Shown: positions 1 to 14,579, counted from the first letter of the stretch. The stretch: 64,000 nt of DNA from Eledone cirrhosa (GCA_964016885.1 OZ024758.1:9982001-10046000); one strand, 5' to 3'. Program-made: numbers and translations. Notes: generated by a model from the sequence alone, not told the origin.

Positions 1-187
1 CCTAGGACCCGCATTAGGTGAAAACCTGCATTTTTCCTGCTTCACCGAGGAAAATCTTAAAGATTATCCAGCCTTCAGAGTATTCGGTTTATTTTCTTTG
101 CATATTGTCCAGGCATGCAGTTTTTCCACGATTAGGTCTGTTGGTGGCCCGCGTTCCAAAATATCTTATCCCGGGTACCACTGCTAG
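1..187 (+). mobile_element. 3' end of a non-autonomous Helitron-like element
   Basis: Ends in CCGGGTACCACTG-CTAG followed by T (184-188), the typical Helitron CTRR/T terminus. Shares the subrepeat CCTAGGACCCGCATTAGGTGAAAA with the 5'-end copy at 51276-51670. Confidence 0.6.
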
Positions 188-190
188 TAT

Positions 191-195
<5 letters not shown>

Positions 196-261
<66 letters not shown>

Positions 262-407
262 TACGTACATAATCTATGTCTGATTTTGTGTGTGTTCATG
301 CGTAGGTTTGCGTATGAGTGTATATGAAAATGTAAGAGAGAGAGAGATAGAGAGAGAGAAAGAAAGAAAGAATGAATGAGACTTTGAGAAAGGAAAATAG
401 GAAAGGA

Positions 408-480
<73 letters not shown>

Positions 481-858
481 TTACTTTACCTCCTCATATG
501 TACTTCTAAAAGCGCAATAAGACCGTGTTATTGGTTTCGATATGTTCGATTTGAATATACACAAGAAGATTTCTTTAATACGCACACAAAATGGATTGCT
601 TTCCCCATCACCGTAAGATCACTTTATTACTGAATCAATCATTCGATCTCTACTTATCATAGTTCTGACCATATCACATTTCTGACGATTGATTGTGTAA
701 TAAGAAGTGAATTATTTGTAGTACAAAGAAGTAATATGTTATAGTTCATTCAATTTGAGTTGTATTTCTTGTCACTCCACCCCTCTCTCTCTCTCTCTCT
801 CGCTCTCGCTCTCTCTCTCTCGCTCTCTCTCTCTCTCGCTCTCCCTCTCTCTCTCTCG

Positions 859-889
<31 letters not shown>

Positions 890-893
890 GCTC

Positions 894-946
<53 letters not shown>

Positions 947-951
947 CTCGC

Positions 952-1014
<63 letters not shown>

Positions 1015-1202
1015 ATATATATATATATAGATATATAGATAGATAGATAGATAGATAGATAGAAGTATAAAGGATAATATGCTCAAGCGCATAGATGTTA
1101 TAGAATAGCTTATAAAATAGGGCGAAGACCCTTAAAAAACGGAAAAGGAAGTTGCCATTGGCCGCTATATACGTGTGTGTATACACACACACACTAACAC
1201 AG

Positions 1203-1277
<75 letters not shown>

Positions 1278-1278
1278 G

Positions 1279-1335
<57 letters not shown>
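196..1335. repeat. Compound microsatellites (TA)n, (GA)n, (CT)n, (GATA)n, (CA)n
   Basis: Read directly. These explain the SLSL/ERER/YIYI ORFs. Confidence 0.95.
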
Positions 1336-1530
<195 letters not shown>

Positions 1531-1607
1531 ATGTATATATATATATGTGTGTGTATATATATATATATATATGTGTGTGTATATATATATATATATGTAT
1601 ATATATG

Positions 1608-1774
<167 letters not shown>

Positions 1775-1923
1775 TGCTCGGAAAGTCGATTTTTGCGAGC
1801 AATGAACCTTGACGTGGATTTAACCCCAAAAACTCTTTCCGAGCAATGTAAGGAACACGTATGTATGTATATATATATGTATATATATATGTATATATAT
1901 ACATACATACATACATACATACA

Positions 1924-1957
<34 letters not shown>

Positions 1958-2422
1958 CGGTTATGAAAATCGGCCGCCTACATATTCATGTGTTTGCGTG
2001 TATTGACATCTATCATGACATGAAATGCTGGTTTTATATCAAGAAGCTCGGTTTAGTGGTTTAATATATTTCATGAAAGAATATTTGTAAGCTTCTCTGC
2101 TGCTTATACTGAAACCGAATCTAACAAATACTCATGGAACATTTATTTCAATCTGTTCTGTGAAAGTGTGAAAGGAACGCCTGATTTAGATATTGTTTTG
2201 TTTTGTTTGTTGTTGTTGGTCTTTTTTTTTTTCTTACTGTACGCATGCGTGAAGAAATAGAAGAGTTTGGGTATTAGTGCTGAAATATAAGTCTCGTAGG
2301 TCAATGATTAATTCACGAAGTAGCAATATACCTGCTTTAGAACGAGCCAACAAGACAGCCTCCATATTTGATCTCTTCAAAATAACCCTCAGATATTGCT
2401 CAAATAATACATAAGCGTCTTA

Positions 2423-2559
2423 AACACATTATATAACGCAAGAACACATTAGATAACGCAAGAACACATTATATAACGCAAGAACACATTATATAACGCA
2501 AGAACACATTAGATAACGCAAGAACACATTAGATAACGCAAGGACACATTAGATAACGT
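2423..2559. repeat. 20-bp minisatellite (AACACATTA[T/G]ATAACGCAAG), about 7 copies, expanded inside a SINE remnant
   Basis: Read directly. The unit resembles the GACACATTGGATAATG segment of SINE family C. Confidence 0.9.
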
Positions 2560-3257
2560 AATCCTAAACACTTCTCTTACAAGATAGAATAATTTTGATA
2601 ATAGGTCTTCTCGATCGAAACTAATCAATATGAAACTAATCAACAATATCAACAGCGGCCGCAGCTACACCAGTAATAAAAATGGTACACCTATATGGTA
2701 GCTGAATTTGCTAAAAATGGCAGCCAAAATTTTTCTAAAGATACACAAGCCATACCATTTAAAACATATAGGAAACGTCACATTGGATAATGCGAAAGAG
2801 ACGAAGATGGCCGTGGTTGAAATATGATTGTTCATTGAGATGTCTTTCAGCTAATCCTGAATGAATTGCTTGTGTGACGAAGAAGAAGAAGAAGAAGAAG
2901 AAGAAGAAGAAGAAGAAGAAGAAGAAGAAAAACAATTTAATCCTACTCAATAAGTTTTGAGCGGGACTGTACAATAACAACAGCTCTAACAACAACTACA
3001 TAGAAAAGATCCATACTTCCATACTTCCATACGTCCATACTTCCACGTCAATCATTCTTTCTCGTCGATATAAAAACTTTAATTCTCTAATTATGTAGCA
3101 AAGTAAACTATAGACGAAAATAGTTAAACTTTATCCGCTTTCACTCACGAGCACATTACATAACCCCCCCCCCCACACACACACACACACACTCACACAC
3201 ACACACACACACATACGTGTGTGTATGAAACCGCTTGGTGCCGCCTTCAGATTATAC

Positions 3258-3319
<62 letters not shown>

Positions 3320-3835
3320 ATGTATATATATATATATATACTGTATATGTGTGTATGTGTGCGTGTGTGTACAGAGAAAGAGAGAAAAAGAGGGAGAGCG
3401 AGAGAAAGAAAAGGCAGACAGTGAAAACAACAGAAAGATAGATGTTAACTGGACATTTTTAGCATTCATGAGTCAAGCGCCACTTCAAAAATTTGACTAA
3501 CTTCGTGACTATATGACATTTTCTACTTGAAATCTTACAGAGCCTCAAAGAACAGAAGCTGCTTCTTGAATATTTAAAGACAGAAAAAATGAATTCAACT
3601 GTACTTTTACCTACTGAAAAAAATGTTGAATTGTCATGAATCGCAGCAGTTTACACCAGCAATATATTTTACGAATGACATAAAGCGGTTTAAGTCAGTC
3701 GTCTGCTAAAAACTAGAAATACCCGATTGATTTTATAAAACAATGAAGAAGAAAAGAAAGAAGGGAAGAAAGAAATCTAACTAAAATTACTTTAAATCAA
3801 CTTCACCGATATTTTATCCGAATTATTAACTTCGT

Positions 3836-4106
3836 GGTCAACGATAAGTGTGTTAGAGTTACGATTATAATGTCGTGCGTTCGATTCCCGGACTGGGTTG
3901 TGTGTTGTGTTCTTAAGTAAAACACTTCATTTACGTTGCTCCAGTATACTCAGCTGACAATGAGTACCAACAGTAGTTAGGGGTCTAACCTTGCGATGGA
4001 CTAGCGTCCTGTCTAGGTAGGAGTCTTGTAATCTCAGTCGCTTAACGCAACAGAAACCGGTAAAAAGCACTGACCTGATGAACCTCTGGGCTCGAAACAG
4101 ACTTTA
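3836..4106 (+). mobile_element. tRNA-derived SINE with CORE-like central domain
   Basis: B box GTTCGATTCCC, then TGTGTTCTTAAGTAAAACACTTCATTTACGTTGCTCCAGT (shared with 16370-16670, 21365-21690, 53750-53890). LINE-like tail ...GGGCTCGAAACAGACTTTA. Confidence 0.7.
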
Positions 4107-4119
4107 GAACCTTTCTTTT

Positions 4120-4390
4120 TAGAATTAGCAGAGTTGTTGGAGCGTCGGGTAGAGTGCTTTGCGGTATTCGTTCCGGCTTTCTGCTCTCTCAGCTCAAACT
4201 CCGTGGTGGTCAACTTTCCTTTTCATCTATCCATGGTCGATAAAAACAGTACCAATTTAGTACTGGGGTTGATTCTTCTTCTATATCTCTTTCTCACTTC
4301 CTTTCTCTCACTCTCTCTATCCTTCTGGGTTCCGTCAGATTTAGAAGTGCCCTAAGAAACGCCGTCAATACTGTTCCCCTACGACTGCCC
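4120..4390 (+). mobile_element. SINE family B (tRNA head, shared central domain, pyrimidine-rich/GC tail)
   Basis: Central ...GTCAACTTTCCTTTTCATC...GTCGATAAAA..AGTACC. The tail is shared with 25690-26005, 28254-28590, 35252-35568, 38715-38885, 42230-42490 and 58690-58790. Confidence 0.7.
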
Positions 4391-4410
4391 CAGCACCAGC
4401 TCGGTAGAAG

Positions 4411-4469
<59 letters not shown>

Positions 4470-5936
4470 GGGGCGGGGGCTATGTGTGCGCGTGCGGGTG
4501 TGTGTATATATATTATTGACAGGTTACTCTTACAAGACTAGTTCTCTTACTTTCAGTTATGATCGTCGAGGAGTGGCATAACTCAAACTATTCCTCACTT
4601 ATATAAGTAACTGACTAGGTTAGCTTAAAGTACAGATGTGTACTTGGTGTAATGGTAGCGCAGCCGTCGGACGTAAAGCAGATATGAATTCGATTCCCAC
4701 AGGCGACTCTGTCAAAGTTTTCCGTCTCTACGGAGATTATATGTCCACTTTTTTTAATAGTGAAGCCTTCATTGTAGCAACTGATAATAATCTTACAAAC
4801 ATTCTTTCAAAAGTATTATTTTAAATATGATAACAACTAAGGGGGATAAATTCGAACATTAAATACGGCAACACCAACTAAACAATTATACCCCCCACCG
4901 TCGATTTATACATAGTCGCTGATGAAATTGTAATGATTGTTAAACATATCCGAAATTATCTCCCCTTCTTGCCGAAGAAAGCTCGGCTAAAACCACTTTA
5001 GGGCGATGTCCAATGATGACCGGAAGCTAATAGCTGAAAATCAGTAACAGAATCTATATAAACGACTGACTTCATCGTAGTTTCTGTCTATATATATAAA
5101 ATTACAAAATATGAGGAAATAATAGACAAAAATATACCTATTTTTTCTTCAAAGTCCTGACTGCAGTTTCACTGATCCGCGTGCAACGGTTCTACACTAT
5201 AAAAATGCATCATCGTTGTGAGATTGATGCGGTTTATCAAGAGACCCCTCAGAAAAAGGACTGTTTATTTCGTAGCAAGTGAGAATTTCTTGGGAGGCGG
5301 AGGGAGAAATTAACACGTGACACAGTGGTCACAGACAGGTAGTAAGTGAATGAATACAGTGAGTGAATAACGTTTTTGCTAGAAAAGGCAGTTAGTACAC
5401 TACTGTGTTAACTCGGCCATAGGGAGTTTGGGGCAATATAATAATGAAATACACACACATATATTCATATGTATATGTGTGCGTGTAGTGTCCGACTTAA
5501 CAAGTTTTGCTCGATGACTGAAAGAGTTAAAATGATCAAAACAATTAAAATATTTCAATAATCAGAGATATTTATCAAATTACAAAATATGAGGAAATAA
5601 TAGACATATATATATATGTGTGTGTATGTGTGTGTGCATGCGCGCGCTTTCACGTGTTTATTCATATAGAAAAACAACAACATTGACTGAACAAAGAACA
5701 CTTTATTCAGTTAATATTACTGTAATGTTTCTATGACAACTAGTTCTCGAGTTGTCATAGAAGTGAATAGATTTCTTCGCTTGGAATACAAATGTCAATG
5801 TTTGTTCTTAATAAAGGTGATTGATTTTACTTGGTTAAGTACAATTATAAGAGGTTCTGTGATAGTTGGGTAGTAGTAATAATAATATATATATATCAAA
5901 TTGGAAGAAATGGTAGCTTCAGTTACCAGAACTAAT

Positions 5937-6890
5937 ATTGGTTTCTCATTTAGACACATGGCCAGCAATTTTAGGGGAAGAGAAGGTCGATTAAATCTAC
6001 CTTGGTGCATTACTGGTACTTTATTTTATCGATCCCGTAAGGGTAGAAGGCAACGATAACCTCGGCGGGATATGAACTCAGAGCTTGAATGGACGTAACT
6101 ATATGGCGCAAAAAATGTTGTCTGGCGCTCTACCGACACTACCAATTCACTCTTTCCTAGCTAATATTAAACTATTGAAAATTGAATTTGAATTATTTCA
6201 AAGAGGTGGCCATGATTGCAGCTAGATTTTAGAAAGGTTAGACTGTGTAGAGCTTTTGCTAAGGGTACCTCAATCTATTTTGGGGCGATTTATAAGTCTA
6301 GTTACATGTTGCTGGTGAAGGTTGGTTCATAGTCCTTAAATGTAAAATATGGTTATCTTGTTACTAGTGTTTCAGACTTACTCTCTGTGTCTAGCTTAGT
6401 CGCAACGGGGTCGATAAAATAATTGTTTCTACTTTAGGCACAAGGCCTGCAAATTACCCAGTGCATTACTGGTACTTTATTTTATCGGCCCCGTAAGGAT
6501 GAAAGGCAAAGTTAACCTCGGCGGGATTTGAACTCAGATCGTAAAGGGACGTAACTATGCTGGAAAGCATGGCGTCCGACCCTCTACCGATACTGCAAAT
6601 TCACCGTCTTAAAATAATTATTTCTACTTTAGGCACAAGGCCAACAAATTACCCAGTGTATTACTGGTACTTTATTTTATCGACCCCGAAAGGATGAAAG
6701 GCAAAGTCAACCTCGGCGGGATTTGAACTCAGAATGGCAAGGGCCGTAACTCTATGCGTCAAAGCATGGCGTCCGACCCTCTACCGATACTGCCAATTCA
6801 CCGTCTTAAAATAAAGTACCAGTAATGCACTGGGGTAGATTTAATCGACTTTCCCCTCCCTCAAAATTGTTGACCTAAATGAGAAAGCAA
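5937..6890 (-). mobile_element. Cluster of SINE family A copies (5937-6150, 6420-6610, 6617-6808, inverted tail 6809-6890)
   Basis: ~190-bp tRNA-derived SINE: GGCGGTGAATTGGCAGTATCGGTAGAG (A box), GAGTTCAAATCCC (B box), GCCTTTCATCCTTACGGGGTCGATAAAATAAAGTACC (resembles the Meta/MESC-type central domain), tail CCTTGTGCCTAAAGTAGAAACAATTATT. Confidence 0.9.
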
Positions 6891-6997
6891 TATTTTAGCA
6901 TTAGTTCTATCTATATCATTTAATACCAAATAAATTACTTTCTATAACGATTAGTAACTGAATTAGATTGATGTCTGATAAGTTTCGTTGTGACTCT

Positions 6998-7324
6998 CGA
7001 CTGAAAAGTTCATACTCTCACGGAATGACCAAATGAGGTTTATTTTTCAATATAGCCTCTGGAAAGAAATAATACAGTTATAAATAAAAAGAGTTGAAAT
7101 TAATGCATGCAAGATTTCACAGCTCTAGCATCACTCTTTCATAATCAGCCTATGAACAAGATGCTATCATGGAATGACCAAAATGAGGTTTATTTTTCAA
7201 CATAGTCCATGGAAAGAAACAAAGTAGTTATTAAAAAGAAGAGTTGAAATGAATGCATGCAAGATTTCATAGCTCTAGCATCACTCTTACATATTCAGCC
7301 TAGGGAATTTTCAGCCAACCCACG
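6998..7324 (-). mobile_element. Mariner-type MITE (family D), internally duplicated copy
   Basis: Homologous to 17739-17953 and 51072-51269. The body occurs twice in tandem. Confidence 0.75.
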
Positions 7325-7699
7325 AACAATTTTTTTTTTTTTTTTCAAATTCAAATTAACAAACCTCGAATGCTTGCTTTAAACATTTTATCTTATTCCA
7401 CCTTTTGAATAGGAATATCATTTCTTCCTTATTTATGTTTAACCACGTAGAATAGATGATATCCGAACCGTTGAGGTAAATTATTAAGCGGAGAACATTT
7501 TAACGTTTTAAGACCGTATGAGTTTTTTGCTGTGTTGTCAGGTGAATTTGATCGTATTTTTTTTTTTTTTTTACATAAAAGTTAATTTTCTTCCTAATCC
7601 TTTTGAGAAAAAACTCAGTTTTCTGTAGTTAGTCTTTTTAATAAACTATACTTAAATGTATCGTAATGTTTTTTTCATAGAAAAACGTATCTGTGGGAC

Positions 7700-7965
7700 G
7701 CCAGTCTCCCGTTTCGGAACCATATGCAAAGGCGAGACCCACGGACTGGAAGAAGGGCGAACGATACTCAACTTCAGCATATGATTAAACTCTGCCTTAA
7801 CCGCTTTCAATTTTTCTAGAGAGAGACGACGTGGACGTGAAAATACTGGAGCACCCTTAGTCTCAATAAAATGCTTGGTAGAGTGAGTAGGGGTATATAC
7901 CACAAAGTTCAGATTAGTTAATTCCGGAAAGGAATGTAAAAGCGCATGATAAGGGCGATGAAGAA
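7700..7965 (-). pseudogene. Ty3/Gypsy LTR-retrotransposon pol fragment (N-terminus of reverse transcriptase)
   Basis: Translation HFIETKGAPVFSRPRRLSLEKLKAVKAEFNHMLKLSIVRPSSSPWVSPLHMVPK matches the classic Gypsy H.I.T.G.P...RRL...GI.RPS.SPWASPL..V.K motif. Truncated, no LTRs seen. Confidence 0.9.
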
Positions 7966-9714
7966 GACTGGAGTTTTCAATAGTGAGTTCAAGTCGTACT
8001 GTGGTGAATGTTTACTGCGATAGATCGGTGTCTTTTCCAGCGGGAGAACACTAACGATACACAGCCTTAAGGATATTTGTAACTCAGATAGGAATAACCT
8101 TTTAGTTTAAGCTTTTAAACGTTTACTTTTTCCTTATTTCTTTTTACTATATTCCGGTTGGAGATAATGATAATATTAACTTACGACAATGCCCCAAGTT
8201 TCGGAGAGTGTATAGTTGATTAGATAAACCCCAGTTCTTGCCTGGTGTTTTATTTTATTGATTCTGGAAGGATGAAAGTCATAGGTAATTTCAGATTTGA
8301 ACTCAGAACGTAAAGGTTTATAAATAAGTACTGCAAAGTATTTTTTCCGGCGGACTAACTTTTTTTGTATGCCCATCGCCATTAGAGATGTAATATTTAC
8401 CTAGTCATCCATTGTTTAGTTTTGTACGTGAATATCACATGTCATATGTCACCTAATAAATGTGTTTTAGTCCGTTCATAATAAGATAAAACCATTGCAT
8501 CCATGAGATATTTTTAGCACTGGTAAACATTTATTTCAACTGGTGACGGTGATGTTTACCAGAAAGTATTTGATGTAATGAATCTGAACAACTTTTGCAC
8601 ACAACCACCAGTCACATTTAGCAACAGAGAAAACAACATTAAACATAGAACATTGAAATGTAGAATGTTTCATACCAATTTATCAAGTGAAAGTATGGAA
8701 TATTTTCGGTGTCTGTAAAATAACAGAGATTTCTTTTGTTAGCTATTTCTAACATCGATGTAAAGATAATACAAATATAGAAATAATAGAAATATGACAT
8801 CTTCACAATGTAAGACATAAGATACATTTGTTTTGATTTTGATGGAAGCTTCGGGAAAATTATAGGGCCGTAGGAAATTGCATTATTTTAGCTATTTGAC
8901 AGGGATAAAACAAAACGTAATCCAGATAGAAGTGTTGAATAATTTAATGGCAAATTGTGAATATTATCTTGGATAGGAATACATTTGAGAATATTTCAAC
9001 AGAAAAAATAATTAGTTTAAGCTGGTAGGTTTTGAGCTGTAATACAAGGAATCTATTGAAATAAAAACACCGTATTTTTCTTAGTAGAGATACTCGTATG
9101 TAAAACATTCTTATCTCAGTCCTGCATGACGTATGATAGTTATGTAATACGAGAAAATAATAGAGAATGCGTTAATAATTACGTATAGTGTTAGAATATT
9201 TTATGCAGGAAGCATTTTAAAGCGAACAAGAAATGATTATGGTGTAAGGGAAAACATTTGTCAATGATAAGAGACAACTCCGAATATATTTCTATATTAT
9301 AAACTTCATAAATGTTGCTTTATTTGCCAAAGTAGTGATAGAAAAATCTCTAAGCAAATGTATAATAAAACGAGAATTGTTTAATGAATACAGTGCCCAG
9401 AGATGCTATCTGCATGAAAAACTATAGTTAAGTTACTGTTTATATATTTAATGCAGGGTGAGATTGAAAAGTCAACTTGTTATAATTATGCTTTAAGGAC
9501 AAAAAGCATAAAATTCAAAGGCTGGTGTCGGCAAATACGCGATTCATCATTGGACATGTCCTTGTCTTACGTTGGCCTTTATTAGTAAATGCCATGTTCT
9601 TTTCGCAAATTAACTAATTATCGGGGATATAATTTTTTTTTTTTTTTAAACACTTTAGTCTTTATTGTGTTGTATCAGATGAAAGAATGATATTTAACTA
9701 ATGTATTGGTACGC

Positions 9715-10012
9715 GATGGGGCCCACCCACAGGCCCGGCGGACAAAATGGAGAAGGCGTTTCCCCGGAGGACGGCAAGGGAGACGCGCTGGAAAATCCAC
9801 TCCAACTCGCGGGGCTCACACCTGCGGCTGGCCAGTTCAGCGCCTATGGTGGTGAGTAAGGAGGTCTCCACTGCCAGGGGAACGACCGCAAACCTGTCGG
9901 AGAGCGACCGGTATTTGAGGAGTTTGACTCCCTCAACCCGACGTGCAGCAGAACCTGGGTCAGTCGCAGACTGCACCAGGTTGCAGCTGCAGAAAGTGTC
10001 GGTGCAAGTGGC
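9715..10012 (-). pseudogene. CRE-clade (restriction-like endonuclease) non-LTR retrotransposon, 3' fragment
   Basis: DATC.DT...KYRSLSDRFAVVPLAVET...IGAELA...WIFQRVSLAVLRGNAFSIL is the typical C-terminus of CRE-type ORFs. Confidence 0.8.
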
Positions 10013-10986
10013 ATCTATAATGTGTATTAATCAACTTTTCGTTTTCGTAATGTGTCTCTTAAAGTTTAGTTGTTGTTTTTTCTTTAATTTTCAAATTCGC
10101 CTTCATAATGTTTATCTTCTTTCTAACACCGAAAATCCTTCATATTTCTTCAGCTTTGACATTCTCACCCCTATCGTCTCTCATTCATTCACTTTCAGTC
10201 TTCCCCAGCACCACCTCAGTTTGTTTTCGCTCCGTTTATGTTCAATTCTTTTGAAGATTAACGACAAGCTACTTTATGTTCTGCTCGTAAAAATAACCAA
10301 TCGTCTATAACAACTAAATGGCAAGCCTAGCAACTTCCGATCTCCATCAATATGTGGATTGCAACAGATCTAGCTTATATAATGGGAAAAGCTGTAACTA
10401 TTGTAACGAATATGGATAAAAAAATAAAGAGTCGTTATAGAAGTTGTAACAGACGAGAGTTTAATTACGGAATAAAATAAACTGTTTAAGACAATCCTTT
10501 GCAAGGACAGAACATAAAATATATGAACATAAGTTCAGAAAAGAAGAAGTCTATAAAGAAATTGAAGTGTTGAAAGGAGAAGTTTCGGCGTCTTTATGAA
10601 TAACTATTAAGGGTTGCCACAAGCGATAAACTATTAACAGCTAATGACTTACAAATAAATATCTGGTTAAATTAAAGTATTTGGACCCCGTACAGGTGAG
10701 CTTCCCCGCAAAATCGAAATGTCGGCGGCCCATCTTAGGAAGGAGCGTGGTGAGATAGCTGGCCATTGTCCGCGGGGTGCAGACCCTCAATCGCCGCACC
10801 CTTGACCCAGAGCCCCAATCATCCCCGCCATTCCCCCCTCGCCATTCTTCTGTGGCACTAGAGTTCTTGCCCCCCCCCCCTTCCCGTTTTTTTTGTTTCC
10901 TTTCCTTTTTTTTTCTCTATATTTTCCTATTTTCCATTCTTCTCAATATAAAACTGTATTACAAGATATCTTCCATAGATAAAATA

Positions 10987-11218
10987 TTTGTTTCTACTTT
11001 AGGCACAAGGCCAGCAATTACCCAGTACATTACTGGTACTTTATTTTATCGACCCCGTAAGGATGAAAGGCAAAGTCAACCTCGGCGGGATTTGAACTCA
11101 GATCGTAAAGGGACGTAACTATGCTGGAAAGCATGGCGTCCGACCCTCCACCGATACTGCCAATCCACCGCCCTAACATGGCGTCCGACACTCTACCAAT
11201 ACTGCCAATCCACCGCCC
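10987..11218 (-). mobile_element. SINE family A with duplicated head and ~13-bp TSD (TAGATAAAATATT)
   Basis: Full consensus match. The head segment 11133-11218 occurs twice. Flanking direct repeats at ~10976 and ~11220. Confidence 0.9.
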
Positions 11219-11289
11219 TAGATAAAATATTGTTAGAGAATAACAACTGAAGTTAGACAAGATCCTTGTTTACTGAAATCAAAGAGGTC

Positions 11290-11316
11290 TGTTGCTGTTG
11301 TTGTTGTTGTTGTTGC

Positions 11317-11367
<51 letters not shown>

Positions 11368-11680
11368 CGTTGTTGCTGTTGTTGTTGCTGTCGTTGTTGT
11401 TGTCGTCGTTGTTGTCGTCGTTGTTGTTGTCGTTGTCGTTGTTTTCGTCGTTGTCGGTGTTGTTGTTGTTGTTGTGGTGGTGGTTGTCCATCTTGTCGTT
11501 GTTGTTGTTGTCGTTGTTGTCGTTGTTGTTGTTTTCGTCATTGTCGGTGTTGTTGTTATTGTCGTTGTTGTTGTTGTTGTCGTTGTTGTCGTTGTTGTTG
11601 TTTTCGTCGTTGTCGGTGTTGTTGTTATTGTCGTTGTCGTTGTCGTTGTTGTCGTTGTTGTTGTTGTTGTTGATATTGTT
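11290..11680. repeat. Compound (GTT)n/(GTC)n trinucleotide repeat with a ~69-bp higher-order unit
   Basis: Read directly. Source of the poly-T/N/C/L/V ORFs. Confidence 0.95.
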
Positions 11681-11849
11681 GTCACTACGGTTACCCTGCC
11701 ACAACTGGTTTCACATCCAACTCGTTAGGATTTACAGACACTCTTTTTTTTTTTCAACACAATTCAGACAGTTTTGACATTTTCTACTTTAGTTAAGACA
11801 TGCAGCTGTCCTGAGGGTTGGAAATATTGTTGTTGTTGTTGATGTTGTC

Positions 11850-12296
<447 letters not shown>

Positions 12297-12360
12297 CTAT
12301 TTTTGCTGCGAGCAGACGTTTTGACAATATGGCTACAAGTAGCAGTCATCGTCCTTCAAC

Positions 12361-12391
<31 letters not shown>

Positions 12392-12833
12392 GATATATAT
12401 ATATATCATATATATATCATATATATATGATATATACATAATCATTTCTTATTACATCATTATCATCACCATCATATATCATCATTATCATCATCATCAT
12501 GTTTATTAACTTTTTATGCTGGCAATATTTTTCATGTCATTAAAGTTAAATACGATTCTGAAAATGTTGAAAATAACAGACAAGGGCAACATAGACGAAA
12601 CAGTGACTAGCACATTAGACTAGTGGGCCATTACGTCTCGCAACGATGGCAGCAGCGTTCTCTCTAATGCAAAATGGCGATCGTGACAACAATTTAGAAT
12701 TTATAAGTAATAGTTTCGAGCTTGAATCCAAGACCGTGTGTCTGGAAATATGGAACGTCTTAATGTAGCAACATGACTGAGATAGAAAATATATTGTTTA
12801 GTTTGTAAGTTTGTGTAAATATTAAACAGTTGC

Positions 12834-12918
<85 letters not shown>

Positions 12919-12921
<3 letters not shown>

Positions 12922-13129
12922 TTATGTATTTTTTTTAAATGTTATTTATTCATTATACAAATTAAATAATAACATTCTATATGTAGGTAGGCCCCTTTCA
13001 TCTCCTGGCAACCAATATTTTTAGACCCAGTATTGGTTGCCAGGAGATGAAAGGGGCCTACCTACATATAGAATGCTATTATTTAATTTTTATAATGAAT
13101 AAATAACATTTTTAAAAAATACATAAGTG
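12919..13129. mobile_element. ~100-bp-arm fold-back palindrome next to (TA)n, carrying an HHR 3' half (GAAA-GGGGCC-TA)
   Basis: Near-perfect inverted arms CACTTATGTA...GGCAACCAATA / TATTGGTTGCC...TACATAAGTG with a ~12-nt loop. AATAAA lies downstream of the HHR half. Confidence 0.75.
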
Positions 13130-14288
13130 GAAACAAAACAGTGCAATCAATTTTTGCGGAAAAATATCTTGCCTTCTCCAATAAAAAAAAGTGTTGTGTG
13201 GTATTGTATGATGTGATGTAGTGTAGTATGGTGTAGTATGGTATAGTGTCGTGTAGTGTGGTATTATGAGGCAGTATGCTGTGCTGTTTTATGTTTATCA
13301 TTAGCTGTCTTCTGTCAATGTTGATAGTTTTGCCAGTTACTCACTCAAATTCGTTGTTTTATATTTATTGAAACTGTAAAGTTATTTTAATCTGTCTGGC
13401 GAAGAAGCCTCTTACAAATAATTTATTTAATCACTTGTCTTCTTCAGAATCCCACAATTTATTGTGTGACAACACTTCACACTTTATAATTTAATATTGA
13501 TAGCTAGCAACGTTTATTTGAATTTTCTCTCTGAACATCTTCTCTGTCGTCTGCTCCTTGAAATCGCAATTTCTATATAACAAAATGTGTGAAATGAGGC
13601 GAATTTGCAGAGACATTACAATGTCGGATAGAATGTTTTCCTTTATTCGTTCCGGCTCTTTGAATTCAAATCCCGTCAAAGTCAACTTTGCCTTTCATCC
13701 TTTCGAGTTCGATTACAAAAAGTACCAGTCTAGTTCTGCATCGGACCTATGCTGCAAAGTTTTCTTTAAAACCTGATTAGAAAAATAATAGGTAAATGCG
13801 TAGATATACTTTGAGGGATATATATCTGTGTGAATATTTTTTTTTTTTACTGCATTAATTCAATCTTACATGAGATCTTTAACTAATTTGCATGAGATCT
13901 TTAACTAATGATTTTCTAAACATTTTCAAATCTTTCTACGATAAAAAATATTTGAAAATAACAAGCACTGCAATTTTATCTCATAAAAACATCCTTTCTA
14001 ACAACTCCTGTTGTAACCAGTTAACAGTTTTAACGTATTTGTAACATTTTTTTTTTTTTTTCGCATCTCTAAAAATTCAGAATTCCATCCTCTCTGAATG
14101 TACATTACTTTGAATCCTGTGTTATTCATGATAATTTGTCTTGTGATATTAATAAATTTATTGATATTTTTTTTATTATATTTCCTGAAGAGATACGGTT
14201 TTTACTGATATTATCTTTCTTTTTTTTTCTCTCCACAATTGATGAGACACTCTGCCGCATTGAAACGCCCGTAGAGATGTATACATAG

Positions 14289-14480
14289 ATAATTGTTTCT
14301 ATTTTTGGCACAAGGCCAGCAATTATTCCAGTGCATTACTGGTACTTCATTTTATCGACCTCGTAAGGATGAAAGACAAAGTTGACCTCGGTGGGATTTG
14401 AACTCAGATCATAAAGGGGCGTAACTCTATGCTGCAAAGCATGGTGTCCGACGCTCTACCGATACTGCCAATCCACCGCC
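14289..14480 (-). mobile_element. SINE family A
   Basis: Full-length consensus match. Confidence 0.9.
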
Positions 14481-14516
14481 ATGTATAAATAAATAATAAC
14501 AATACTAATCTTTGGT

Positions 14517-14579
<63 letters not shown>

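Noticed and set aside
2423-2559. Regular short repeats resembling CRISPR (also 47154-47375 and 52124-52376)
   Set aside because: The units are contiguous with no variable spacers.
4070-4105. CTGATGA...GAAAC hammerhead-like motif in a SINE tail (similar at ~44534)
   Set aside because: Stem II register does not fit, and there is no stem III/NUH/stem I. It is better explained as the LINE-derived 3' stem-loop.
4630-4710. tRNA-like sequence with A/B boxes (also the SINE heads elsewhere)
   Set aside because: No complete cloverleaf. It is a decayed SINE head rather than a tRNA gene.
10680-10880. GC-rich island as promoter or exon
   Set aside because: No recognisable frame or motif. It is probably a TE fragment but cannot be assigned by eye.
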